DNA of 38,866 nucleotides from Thermoanaerobaculia bacterium (GTDB lineage: Bacteria; Acidobacteriota; Thermoanaerobaculia; UBA5066), in NCBI GenBank assembly GCA_023717585.1, contig JAMQPJ010000419.1, positions 1 to 38,866 of the forward strand, read 5' to 3'. Each line of letters starts with the position of its first letter. The first letter of the stretch is position 1. This document shows, in pieces, positions 16,753 to 25,577 of the stretch. The notes below the pieces were generated by a model. The model did not search any database. It was not told the origin of the DNA and saw nothing but the letters and a program-made list of their open reading frames with translations. Both the position numbers and the translations under genes were made by a program.

Positions 16753-18716
16753 GCGGTGATCCTACCCGCGAGCGCCGAGGCCGCGATCACGCAGGGGCTC
16801 GCGAGGTAGACGCGACCCGGGCCGCTCCGGCCGGGGAAGTTCCGGTTGATCGCGCTCACGGTGACCTGGTCGGCACGCGTCGAGACGCCGGGCCCCGCGT
16901 TGATGCAGGCCCCGCAGCCCGGCTCGATCAGGCGTGCTCCGGCGCGCGTGAAAAGGTCGAGATACCCCTTTTTCCGGCACCACTCCCGCACGTCGCGGCT
17001 TCCGAACTGGATGTAGAAGTCGACGCCCGGCGCCACACGCTTCCCCTTCGCGAGACCGTCCGCGAGCACCGCCGCCAGCATCTCCATGTCCTCGCGCTTT
17101 CCGGCCGTGCACGAACCTGCGTACGCGATGTCGATCGGGACGGGGGCCGGGAGATCCGAGATCCGAACACCGTTTCCGGGATCGCCGGGCAGCGCCACGA
17201 GCGGCTCGAGAGCGGAGGCGTCGAGAGTGAGAGTTGAATCGAAGACCGCGTCCGCGTCCGACGCGAGGCCGCGGCACAGAGCCCGCGCCTCGTCGAGCGG
17301 AAGGCCGCGGCGCTCGGAAAGGAAGCGCGCCGTCGTCTCGTCGGGCGCCACGAGGCCCGTGAACGCCCCCGCTTCCGCCGCCATGTTCGTGAGCGTGGCG
17401 CGCTCGTCCAGGGAAAAGGCGGCGACCGTCTCGCCCGCGTACTCGAGCACCTTGCCGAGCGCGCCGCCGCCCTTCACATACGGATGCGAAAGAAGCGCGA
17501 GCATGACGTCCTTCGCCGTCACGCCGGAGGGCCGCGCGCCGTCGAGGACGACGCGGACCGTCGCGGGCACCTTCACGCGCACGTCGCCCGACAGCCACGC
17601 GCACGCGACCTCCGTCGTGCCGATGCCGAAGGCGAGGCAGCCGAGAGCGCCCGCGTGCGTCGTGTGCGAATCCGACCCGACGACGACCTGACCGGGAAGC
17701 GCATGACGCTCGAAGACGAGCGAGTGGCAGATGCCCTCGCCCGCACCGTAAAGCCGGATTCCCTGCGCCGCGGCGAATTCCTCCTGGCGCGTCGCGAGGG
17801 CGTCCGCGAGCGCGAGGAGGCCGCTCTCCTTGCGCTCCTGCGGCATCACCTCGCCGAGAAGCGAGAGGTGATCGCGGAACAGAAGGACCGAGTCCGGGTC
17901 CGAGACACGGGCGTCTCTTCCGAGCTCCTCCTCGAGGCACGCGGCCGCCATCGGCGTGACGTACTCGTGGGAAAACCGGAGATCGGCCCGCACGAAGCAC
18001 GCGTCTCCCGGCGCCACGGCCTCGACGCCGGCCGTCCGGAGCGCCGGATCCAGGACGACGTGCCGCGCGAGGATCTTCTCGGCAAGCGTCATGCCGCGCG
18101 GCCGCGTCGTGACGGGCGGGGGCGCCGTGCGGCCGGCGAGGCGCGCGCGTGTGTACGAAAGGAACCCGCCGGCCTCGATCACCGCACGCGTGATCGCGTC
18201 CTCGCCTTCCGTGAAGAACGAGAGCGGGATCTCTTCGCCGCGACGGACGCGCCCGAGGACACCGAAGTCCGTCGTGAGGAGCATTCCGAGGTTGATCGCG
18301 TTCTGGCGGTAGATGCGCTCGAAGCTCTCGGCGACGAGGAGACGGATGCCCGCGGCGCGCTCCGCGTAGGGCGCCTGCTCGCGGGAGGATCCCTTCCCCC
18401 GGCGCCGCCCGGCCACGGAAACCGCGAACCCGCCCCGCCGGACCGCGTCCTCGCCGACCGGCTGCACGCGCGTCTCGCCGTCCCGGCACGTGAGACCGAG
18501 GTACGCGAACCGCCCGAGCGTCGCGTCGTGGTGAAAGCACGTCCAGCCGGGCGTCATCTCGTCGGTCGAAACGTCGTCCCGGAGCCTCTGCGCGGGGTCG
18601 TTCGAGTCCCAGGCGAGATCCTCACCGGAAACCTGCCGCCGCACCAGCTCCGCGCTTTCGGCCAGATAGAGGATGCGGCCGGGAAAAGAGACGAAGGCGG
18701 GCCTCGGATCGCTCAC
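16734..18716 (-). CDS. Aconitase-family Fe-S hydro-lyase with permuted domain order (LeuD-like swivel domain N-terminal, LeuC-like catalytic domains C-terminal)
   Basis: 660 aa. Residues about 1-190 carry small-subunit motifs: DDVSTDEMTPG and GKGSSREQAPYAERAAGIRLLVAESFERIYRQNAINLGML. Residues about 205-660 carry large-subunit motifs: GSDSHTTHAGALG, YAGSCTAGKREDM and IEPGCGACINAG. These supply the three cluster Cys ligands. Confidence 0.85.
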   Translation of the reverse strand: MSDPRPAFVSFPGRILYLAESAELVRRQVSGEDLAWDSNDPAQRLRDDVSTDEMTPGWTCFHHDATLGRFAYLGLTCRDGETRVQPVGEDAVRRGGFAVSVAGRRRGKGSSREQAPYAERAAGIRLLVAESFERIYRQNAINLGMLLTTDFGVLGRVRRGEEIPLSFFTEGEDAITRAVIEAGGFLSYTRARLAGRTAPPPVTTRPRGMTLAEKILARHVVLDPALRTAGVEAVAPGDACFVRADLRFSHEYVTPMAAACLEEELGRDARVSDPDSVLLFRDHLSLLGEVMPQERKESGLLALADALATRQEEFAAAQGIRLYGAGEGICHSLVFERHALPGQVVVGSDSHTTHAGALGCLAFGIGTTEVACAWLSGDVRVKVPATVRVVLDGARPSGVTAKDVMLALLSHPYVKGGGALGKVLEYAGETVAAFSLDERATLTNMAAEAGAFTGLVAPDETTARFLSERRGLPLDEARALCRGLASDADAVFDSTLTLDASALEPLVALPGDPGNGVRISDLPAPVPIDIAYAGSCTAGKREDMEMLAAVLADGLAKGKRVAPGVDFYIQFGSRDVREWCRKKGYLDLFTRAGARLIEPGCGACINAGPGVSTRADQVTVSAINRNFPGRSGPGRVYLASPCVIAASALAGRITAWTPGA

Positions 18717-18797
18717 GGGGCGATTCTAGTCGCCCGGCGGGCCGCGGCCGTGAGCCCTCGGGACGGGATTCTGCGTTCTCTTGTCAGGAGGTTTCCC

Positions 18798-19799
18798 ATG
18801 AAACGCAGGCTCACGTCCCCGGGTCCAGCGCTCCTCGCCCTCTCGTCGGCCCTTCTCGTCGCTCTCCCGGCGGCGGCCAAGATCGACGTGATGTACGTCA
18901 CCCATACCTCGGGCCCCGCCCTGTGCAACAACTTCACGACCAACAACATCGACTACGGCCAGTTCCTCTCCAACGACCACCGCATCCCGGTTCCTCGTGG
19001 GACGAAGATCCGGGTCACGCTCATGGGCTTTGGGGCCGACCTCGCGACCGGGACCGAGGACAACGTCACGAACCTCGGTTCGTCGATCGTCGCTCACGGC
19101 ACGACGGACAAGCCGGGGGGCGGGGTCCACTTCGGCCAGCGCGACCAGACCGGCTACGTCCGCGTCGAGATCCGCGCCCACGACGACGCCGAGCTCGGGA
19201 ACGGCCACGTGACCGTGAAGTGGCTCACGGGCAGCGAGAGGATTCCCCTGAAGATCGTGGCGTCGTGCAATCCCACGCCGCCGCCCGCGCCGCCCCCGGC
19301 CGGAGGCGGCAACCCGCCCCCACCCCCTCCGCGCATCGTTTCGGGCGGCTCCTCCACGCCGGCTCTGCCCGACCTCATCCCGACGGAGTTCGTCAACTTC
19401 CGGACGTGCAACGCGAGTTCGTTCGGCACGTGCGTCCCGGGCCCGAACGACTGTAACGGCGCGTTCACGGGTCAGAGGAAGTTCACGCAGCCCGACCTGC
19501 AGTACGGCGTCCGGAACATTTCGAACGTCGCGGTCACGACGCCGTTCGCCGTCGTCCTGAAGAAGAAGGACGGGTCGACGCTCGCGACCAACCCGGTTCC
19601 CAATCTCGCCGCGAACGGTAGCGCCACCTTCACGTTCCACCGCGCGAATTCCGACGTCTGCGTTCAGCAGATCGGGCCGAACAAAGTGTGCACCTACTGC
19701 GCCGTCGCCATCGACGACACGGGCATCGAGGTCGTCGTCGACTCCAACAACGCGATCACCGAGGTCAGCGAGACGAACAACAGCCGCAAGGTCCCGTGA
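18798..19799 (+). CDS. Secreted protein: unknown N-terminal domain, polyproline linker, C-terminal CARDB domain
   Basis: 333 aa from ATG 18798, with AGGAGG 6 nt upstream. Signal peptide MKRRLTSPGPALLALSSALLVALPAAAK. Linker NPTPPPAPPPAGGGNPPPPPPR. C-terminal CARDB pattern PDLIPTEF...VRNISNVAVTTPFAVVL...ANGSATFTF...VVVDSNNAITEVSETNN. The upstream part of the 771-aa track ORF is the antisense shadow of the aconitase-family gene. Confidence 0.82.
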   Translation: MKRRLTSPGPALLALSSALLVALPAAAKIDVMYVTHTSGPALCNNFTTNNIDYGQFLSNDHRIPVPRGTKIRVTLMGFGADLATGTEDNVTNLGSSIVAHGTTDKPGGGVHFGQRDQTGYVRVEIRAHDDAELGNGHVTVKWLTGSERIPLKIVASCNPTPPPAPPPAGGGNPPPPPPRIVSGGSSTPALPDLIPTEFVNFRTCNASSFGTCVPGPNDCNGAFTGQRKFTQPDLQYGVRNISNVAVTTPFAVVLKKKDGSTLATNPVPNLAANGSATFTFHRANSDVCVQQIGPNKVCTYCAVAIDDTGIEVVVDSNNAITEVSETNNSRKVP

Positions 19800-19817
19800 C
19801 CCGGGGGCGGGGACGAG

Positions 19818-21923
19818 TCAGTTGACGGGCTCGTCCTCGTCCGCTTCCAGCGTCGGGTCGCCCGCCTCCGCGAGCCGCGGAGCCTTCGGCCCCTCCACCG
19901 AAGGAAGAGGCGGGCCCGACTCGAGGACCCAGCGCTCGAAGAGATCCTCGGGCAGCTCCCTCAGGAAACGGCTCGCCTCGGTCACGACGACGATGCCGAA
20001 ACGGTCGAACGAGGCGAGGGGGTGAACGAGGAGCAGCTCGTCCTTCGCGCGGGTCGCCGCGACGTAGAAGAGGCGCCGCTCTTCCTCGAGGCCCTCGGAG
20101 GTCCGGGCCGCCCGGACGTTCGGGAACCGATCCTCGATGAGCCCGAGGACGAAGACGGCGCGCCATTCGAGCCCCTTCGCCTGATGGATCGAGGACAGCA
20201 CGAGCCGCTCGTCTTCCGCGTCGCCCGCGATCACGGACTCGCCGGTGGGCTCGCCGAAAAGAGTGACTTCCTCGAGGAAGCTCTCGACGCCGTCGTACGG
20301 CAGCGCGAACTGCGCGAGGGCCTCCAGGTCGTCGAGCCGGGCCTGATGGTTCTCGAACTTCGCCTTCGCGACGTCCGCGTAACCGCCTTCGTCCACGACG
20401 AAACGAATCGCCTCGGCCGGCGCCGAGAGGAGCGAGGGCCGCCGAAGCGATTCGAGCGTGGACGCGAGCTTCTTCAGAGCGCCCTGCGCCCCGGCGGGAG
20501 CCTTTCGGACGTCGAGGCGAAGGAAGGAGCCCACGGGGTCCGGCAATCCCTCGACAGCCGTCCAGAGAGTCGCCGCGGTGCGCTCCCCCACCTTCGGCAG
20601 GAGCTTCAGAATTCGCTTGAAGGCCATCTCTTCCTTCGGGTTCACGAGGAGGCGCAGGTAGGCGAGCACGTCCTTCACGTGCTGCTGCTCGAAAAAGCGC
20701 ATGCCCGACCGGATCTCGTACGGGATGCCCCGGCGCGTCAGCTCGATCTGGAGCTCCAGCGCCTGATGGTGCGCCCGGTAGAGGACCGCGATCTCCGCGA
20801 GGGGAGTCCCCTCGTCGCGCAGCTCCAGGACCCGCTGCGCCACGAACTCGGCCTGCTGGGACACGTCCGACGTGCCGACAACCGCCACGGGCACGCCCGA
20901 CGGCCGCGTCGCGCGCAGCGACTTCTCGAAGCGCCGCGTGTTCTGCGCGATGGACGCGTCCGCGAGGCGCAGGATCTCGGGCGTCGAGCGGTAGTTCGTC
21001 TCGAGGGAGAAAACCCGCGTCCCCGGATGCCGGGCGGGAAAGCCGAGAAGCGCCTCGAAATCCGCCCCGCGAAACGAGTAGATGGACTGCGCGTCGTCGC
21101 CCACGACCATCACGTTCGGCGCGTCGACGTCCCGAACGACGAGGTCGACGAGCTCCGCCTGGAGGTGGTTGACGTCCTGGTACTCGTCCACGAGGACGTG
21201 CCGGAAGCGCGCGCCGAGGCCCTTCCGGATCTCGGGCCGCTCGAGCATGAGCCTCTTCCAGTTCAGGAGGAGGTCGTCGTAGTCCATGCCGTTCGCGGCG
21301 ACCTTGCGCTCGAGATAGCGGTGGACGACCGTCCGAATGGCGTCGAGCTGCTGGAGGAAGTGCGGGTGCTCCGCCGCGATCACGTCGTCGAGAGGCCTCC
21401 CCGTGTTCACGCAGAGCGACACGATGGCCCGCAGCAGGTCGCCTTTCGGGAAGCGCCGCTCCGTGACCGGGACGCCGATGTCGGAGGTCGAGGACTCCAG
21501 GAGGTCTTTCGTGTCCTCCGAGTCGAGGATCGTGAAGTTGGCCTTGTAGCCGAGGAGCTCGGCGTGGGGCCGCAGCAGGCGCGCAGCCACGGAATGGAAC
21601 GTCCCCGCCGTCGCGCGGTTCAGGTCGGCGCCGATCAGCGTTTCGACGCGGCGCTTCATCTCGCGCGCGGCGCGGTTCGTGAACGTGAGAAGGAGGAGCG
21701 ACGCCGGGTCGGCGCCGTCCTCGATGAGGCGCGAGACGCGATAGACGAGCGTCCGCGTCTTGCCCGAACCCGCGCCCGCGACGACGAGCGTCGGCCCGTC
21801 GGACGCGAACACGACCGCCTTCTGCTCCTCGTTCAGCTCCCGCGCGTAATCGACGCGGTAGCTCTTCGCGGGCGCGGCGCGCCGGAGGACGTATCTCCGC
21901 GGGGCGGGGGCGTCGTCGCTCAT
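19818..21923 (-). CDS. uvrD: ATP-dependent DNA helicase, UvrD/PcrA/Rep family (SF1)
   Basis: 701 aa from ATG 21923. Motifs: Q-motif LNEEQKAV, motif I AGAGSGKT, motif II VLVDEYQDVN, motif III VVGDDAQSIYSFRGA, motif V and later regions LETNYRS, IHQAKGLEW, YVAATRAKD. Confidence 0.92.
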   Translation of the reverse strand: MSDDAPAPRRYVLRRAAPAKSYRVDYARELNEEQKAVVFASDGPTLVVAGAGSGKTRTLVYRVSRLIEDGADPASLLLLTFTNRAAREMKRRVETLIGADLNRATAGTFHSVAARLLRPHAELLGYKANFTILDSEDTKDLLESSTSDIGVPVTERRFPKGDLLRAIVSLCVNTGRPLDDVIAAEHPHFLQQLDAIRTVVHRYLERKVAANGMDYDDLLLNWKRLMLERPEIRKGLGARFRHVLVDEYQDVNHLQAELVDLVVRDVDAPNVMVVGDDAQSIYSFRGADFEALLGFPARHPGTRVFSLETNYRSTPEILRLADASIAQNTRRFEKSLRATRPSGVPVAVVGTSDVSQQAEFVAQRVLELRDEGTPLAEIAVLYRAHHQALELQIELTRRGIPYEIRSGMRFFEQQHVKDVLAYLRLLVNPKEEMAFKRILKLLPKVGERTAATLWTAVEGLPDPVGSFLRLDVRKAPAGAQGALKKLASTLESLRRPSLLSAPAEAIRFVVDEGGYADVAKAKFENHQARLDDLEALAQFALPYDGVESFLEEVTLFGEPTGESVIAGDAEDERLVLSSIHQAKGLEWRAVFVLGLIEDRFPNVRAARTSEGLEEERRLFYVAATRAKDELLLVHPLASFDRFGIVVVTEASRFLRELPEDLFERWVLESGPPLPSVEGPKAPRLAEAGDPTLEADEDEPVN

Positions 21924-21991
21924 GCCGCCGGGGAGATTACCGCGCCCGCCAGGGCAGCCTGGCCCCCCGGGCCTGTTACGCTTTCGTCGAC

Positions 21992-23356
21992 GTGAGCGGG
22001 GGGAGAGCACCGGGCGGCGAACGGGGATTCGTGCGGGCCCTCGGGCTCGGGGACTGCGTTCTCTACGTCGCGGGCTCGATGATCGGAAGCGGCATCTACC
22101 TCTCGGCGGGGAACGTCATCCGCAAGGCGCCGTATCCGTCCTGGATCGTCGTCGTGTGGGTGCTCGGGGCCGTGCATGCGCTCGCCGCGGGTCTCACGTA
22201 CGCCGAGCTCGGGGCGCGGAGGCCGGTCGCGGGCGGCCCGTACGTGTACCTGACCGAGACCTTCGGCGCCCTGTGGGGCTACCTCTACATGTGGGCGCTC
22301 GTCTTCATCGTCATGCCGGGGACGGTGGCGGCCCTCTCGACCGGGTTCGCCGAGTTCCTCGGCGCCTTCTTCCCGGGGCTCGGCACGACGGCCCCCGCCT
22401 TCGCCGTCCTCGGCCTGGGGGTTTCGGAGGGCCAGCTCGTCGCGATCGCCACGGCCTTCTTCTTCACGCTCTGGAACGTCTTCGGGATTCGCGCCGGAGG
22501 ACGGCTGAACGACGTCTTCACGATCGTGAAGATCGCATCCGTCATCGCGCTCGTCGTCTTCGGCCTCTCGGCCGCGAAGGCGGTTCGGCCGTCCTTCGCG
22601 TTCCCGTCCTTCTCGGCCGCGCTCCTCGCTCCTCTCGGCGGCGCTCTCGCGGGAGTCCTCTGGGCCTACGACGGCTGGATCAACCTGTCGGCCCTCGGGG
22701 CCGAGGTGAAGAACCCCAGACGCGACATTCCCGGGGGCCTCGTCCTCGGCGTCCTCGTCGTCGCCGCGCTCTATCTCGGAGCCAACGCCGTCTATCTCGG
22801 AGCGGCGCCCGTCGCGACACTCGGTGCCTCGCCCCGCGCCGCCGAGACCGCCGTCCGCTCGCTCTTCGGCGACGGAGCCGCCCGCTGGCTGCTGCTCGCG
22901 GTGATCGTGTCCGTCCTGGGCTCGCTCGCGGCCAACATCATCCCGGCGCCCCGGATTGCCTGGGCCGCCGCGAAGGATGGCCGCCTGCCGGCTCCCTTCG
23001 CGCGCCTCCACCCGCGTTTCGCGACGCCCGGATTCGGGCTCGTCTTCCAGGCCGTCATCGCCGCCGCGCTCGTCCTCTCGGGAAAGTTCGACGAGCTCGT
23101 CGCCACCGTTTCCTTCGCGGCGACTTTCTTCTACGCGCTCGGAGGCGCGGCGCTCTTCGTCTACCGGCGGCGCGAGCCGTTCGCCGCGTGGGAGATGCCC
23201 GGATACCCGTGGGTGCCCGCGTTCTACGTCGCGACCTCGATGCTGTTCACGATCGCGATCGCATGGGACGCCCCGAAAGACGCCGTGCGGGGCCTCGTGA
23301 TTCTCGGCGCCGGCGTCGTCGTGTACGCATTGCAGCGGCGGCGCCGCGCAGCCTAG
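21992..23356 (+). CDS. APC superfamily amino acid/polyamine permease
   Basis: 454 aa, about 12 hydrophobic segments, and the N-terminal signature VAGSMIGSGIYLSAG. GTG start at 21992 (alternative GTG at 22031). Its TAG stop shares the tetranucleotide CTAG with the stop of the convergent gene. Confidence 0.88.
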   Translation: MSGGRAPGGERGFVRALGLGDCVLYVAGSMIGSGIYLSAGNVIRKAPYPSWIVVVWVLGAVHALAAGLTYAELGARRPVAGGPYVYLTETFGALWGYLYMWALVFIVMPGTVAALSTGFAEFLGAFFPGLGTTAPAFAVLGLGVSEGQLVAIATAFFFTLWNVFGIRAGGRLNDVFTIVKIASVIALVVFGLSAAKAVRPSFAFPSFSAALLAPLGGALAGVLWAYDGWINLSALGAEVKNPRRDIPGGLVLGVLVVAALYLGANAVYLGAAPVATLGASPRAAETAVRSLFGDGAARWLLLAVIVSVLGSLAANIIPAPRIAWAAAKDGRLPAPFARLHPRFATPGFGLVFQAVIAAALVLSGKFDELVATVSFAATFFYALGGAALFVYRRREPFAAWEMPGYPWVPAFYVATSMLFTIAIAWDAPKDAVRGLVILGAGVVVYALQRRRRAA

Positions 23357-24021
23357 CGGGCCGGCCCGCCGAAGCGCTTGTCCTCGCGCTCGCGCGCTCT
23401 CGCGTCGCACGGGAACCCGAACGTCGCGTCGAAGTCGCAGCCCTTCGTGCGTTCGCCTTTGCGGAGGGAGCGCGGCTGCGTGAAGCGTTCCGGCCAGACG
23501 AGACCGAGGAAGTCCTTCCCATAGGAGCCGAACTCGGCGACGGCAGGGAGGAGAGGAGCAAGCGCCAGGAGCGCATCGCGCATGCCGGGCGACACGAGGG
23601 CCGCGGCCTTTCCACGCGCCGCCGTCGCCCGCTCGCCGGCGAACTCCGAGAAGCCCGCGGCGAACGTGCCGCCCGGGCCCGAGAAGACGACGCACGCGTC
23701 GGGGGCGCGCACGGAAGAACAGCCGGAGACTTCTTCGAAACGTGACAGGACGAGGCGCCGCGTGAGCGTCTCGCCGTCCGGGAGACGCCGGATGCTCTCC
23801 GTGGAGTCCCGGCCCGAGGGATCCTGCGTCGAAACGAACACGAATCGCCCCGCCGGCGCGCCCACGAGCAGGCGGGTCGTGTCTCCCCCCTCTTCCCTTT
23901 CGAAGAGAATCGAGATTCGCCATTTTCCCCCGAACGAGAAGTGCCATCGCGACGGGGATGCCGCGGCGGGCCGCGACAGGAGCAGCACGGCCGCGACCGT
24001 CGCGGCGGCGACGGCCTTCAG
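23353..24021 (-). CDS. Hypothetical exported protein, last gene of the kinase / HD-GYP operon
   Basis: The first canonical start, GTG 23988, gives 211 aa with no signal peptide and no SD. The frame stays open upstream. A CTG at 24021 forms a CTGA overlap with the HD-GYP stop and would give (M)KAVAAATVAAVLLLSRPAAA/SPS, a textbook signal peptide. Four Cys residues in the mature part. No family recognised. Confidence 0.6.
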   Translation of the reverse strand: MKAVAAATVAAVLLLSRPAAASPSRWHFSFGGKWRISILFEREEGGDTTRLLVGAPAGRFVFVSTQDPSGRDSTESIRRLPDGETLTRRLVLSRFEEVSGCSSVRAPDACVVFSGPGGTFAAGFSEFAGERATAARGKAAALVSPGMRDALLALAPLLPAVAEFGSYGKDFLGLVWPERFTQPRSLRKGERTKGCDFDATFGFPCDARAREREDKRFGGPAR

Positions 24022-25577
24022 GGTCCGAGCGACTTCCAGACTTTTCCTTCGATGAACGCCGAGACCATCCAGCGGTCGAGTTTGTCTCGCGCGGCCTCGG
24101 CTTCGAGGATCTCGAGCGCGCGGTCGCGCGGCACGGCCTTCTTGTATGGGCGGTCGGACGCCGTCAGCGCGTCATAGATGTCGCATACCGTGAGAGAGCG
24201 CGCCGCGGGAGAAATGTCTGCCGGCCCGATCCCGCGTGGATAGCCCGTTCCGTCCAGCTTCTCGTGGTGGGCGTATGCGATCTCGGGTACGCGGGCCAGG
24301 TCCGCCGTCCACGGAATCGTCGAGAGGAAGCGAAACGTCTGGGAGACGTGGCTTTCGATGGCCCGACGCTCCTCCTCCGAGAGGCTCCCCTGCGTGATGG
24401 ACAGGAAGCGGAACTCCTCGGGAAGAAGAAGCGTCGTTTCCTGGCCGCGGCGGTCGCGTGTGCGGCGCGCGAGGAGCGCTTCGAGCCGGCCGCGTGCGTC
24501 CTTCGGCATGACGGTCGGTTCGTTCGCGGCGACGATCTCGTCGAAGAGCTCCTCGAGCTCTCGCGCGCGCTCCGCGGCCGCGGCGTCCAGCGCCTGGAGC
24601 TCTCGTTCGCTCACGCGGCCCCCGTCCCGCGCCCGACTTTCGAGGAGGGCGCGAGCCTCCGCCGCTTCGGCGGCCACGAGTGAAAAGTCGAACCGGTCGC
24701 GGATCTTTCCGAGGCCATCCTCCGACAGCTTCTTCGCCTTGACGAGGACGCGCTCGGGGATCGAGATCTTCCCGAAATCGTGGAGAAGGGCCGCCGTGAA
24801 GATCTCGCGCATTTCCTCGCGCGAGAAAGACACGGACGCGTAAGGGCCCTCGGCGGCGCGGTCCACGAGGCCCGCCATCTCGACGGTGAGTGTCGCAACC
24901 CGGTTGCTGTGGCCCGCGGTCGTCGGATCGCGCTGTTCGACCGCGACGATGGCCGCCTGAGCGAAGTTCTCGAAGAGTCTCCGGATGGACGCCGTCAGGT
25001 GGTTCGCCTTCAGGCAGACGGCCGCCTGCGTCGCGAGGGAGAGAAGGAGCGGAACGAGGTCGGCCGGATACGCCTCGTAGAGGTCCGTCGCGCGCGCGCG
25101 CCGGTTCATGAGCTGGAGGACGCCGACGAGCTCGCCCCTGTGGTCCTTCATCGGCACGACGAGCATGGCGCGCGTCCGAAAGCCGGTCGACTCGTCGAAG
25201 GCGTGGTTGTGGCGGTAGGGAGCGCCCTCGGGAAGCGCGTACGCGTCCTCGAGGACGAGAGGCTCTCCGTGCACGGCGACCCAGCCCGCGAGGCTCGCCT
25301 CGTTCACGGGGACCGTGCGCTCGGAGAAGGCGAACCTGACCGCGTCGTTCTGCGCGAGCTTGAAGCGCAGGCGGCGGCCTTCGGGCGACTCCTCCGCGAG
25401 GTACAGGCTGCCCGCCTCCGAGGAGGAAAACCGACGCGATTCCGTCAGGATCGTCTCGAGCAGCTTCTCCAGATCCCGCTCCGCGGAGAGCGCGATGCCG
25501 ATCCGGTTCAGGGCGGCGATCCGTTCCTCGGCCTGGCGGAGGCGCTCCTCGAGCAGCGCAACGGCCGACGCGTTCAT
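24018..25577 (-). CDS. GAF domain-containing HD-GYP phosphohydrolase (putative c-di-GMP phosphodiesterase)
   Basis: 519 aa from ATG 25577, which forms an ATGA overlap with the kinase stop. N-terminal coiled coil and GAF domain (LEKLLETILTESRRF...RAMLVVPMKDHRGELVGVLQLMN). HD-GYP residues present: GHSNRV, LLHDFGK, ESHV, HHEKLDGTGYP, VCDIYDALT. Confidence 0.88.
   Translation of the reverse strand: MNASAVALLEERLRQAEERIAALNRIGIALSAERDLEKLLETILTESRRFSSSEAGSLYLAEESPEGRRLRFKLAQNDAVRFAFSERTVPVNEASLAGWVAVHGEPLVLEDAYALPEGAPYRHNHAFDESTGFRTRAMLVVPMKDHRGELVGVLQLMNRRARATDLYEAYPADLVPLLLSLATQAAVCLKANHLTASIRRLFENFAQAAIVAVEQRDPTTAGHSNRVATLTVEMAGLVDRAAEGPYASVSFSREEMREIFTAALLHDFGKISIPERVLVKAKKLSEDGLGKIRDRFDFSLVAAEAAEARALLESRARDGGRVSERELQALDAAAAERARELEELFDEIVAANEPTVMPKDARGRLEALLARRTRDRRGQETTLLLPEEFRFLSITQGSLSEEERRAIESHVSQTFRFLSTIPWTADLARVPEIAYAHHEKLDGTGYPRGIGPADISPAARSLTVCDIYDALTASDRPYKKAVPRDRALEILEAEAARDKLDRWMVSAFIEGKVWKSLGP

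Noticed and set aside
23353-23356. The convergent APC permease and hypothetical gene share the tetranucleotide CTAG as their overlapping stop codons.
   Set aside because: It is real, but it is a trivial consequence of the palindromic TAG/CTA. It implies no terminator between the genes and is not a distinct element.
16762-23947. Long alternative-frame and antisense ORFs over the aconitase-family, UvrD and APC genes (16762..18540, 17484..18797 part, 20022..21995, 21920..23947, 21922..23745).
   Set aside because: Same reasoning: Arg/Pro-rich and motif-free, while the overlapping frames carry clear family signatures. The real CARDB gene begins only at ATG 18798 with its own SD and signal peptide.
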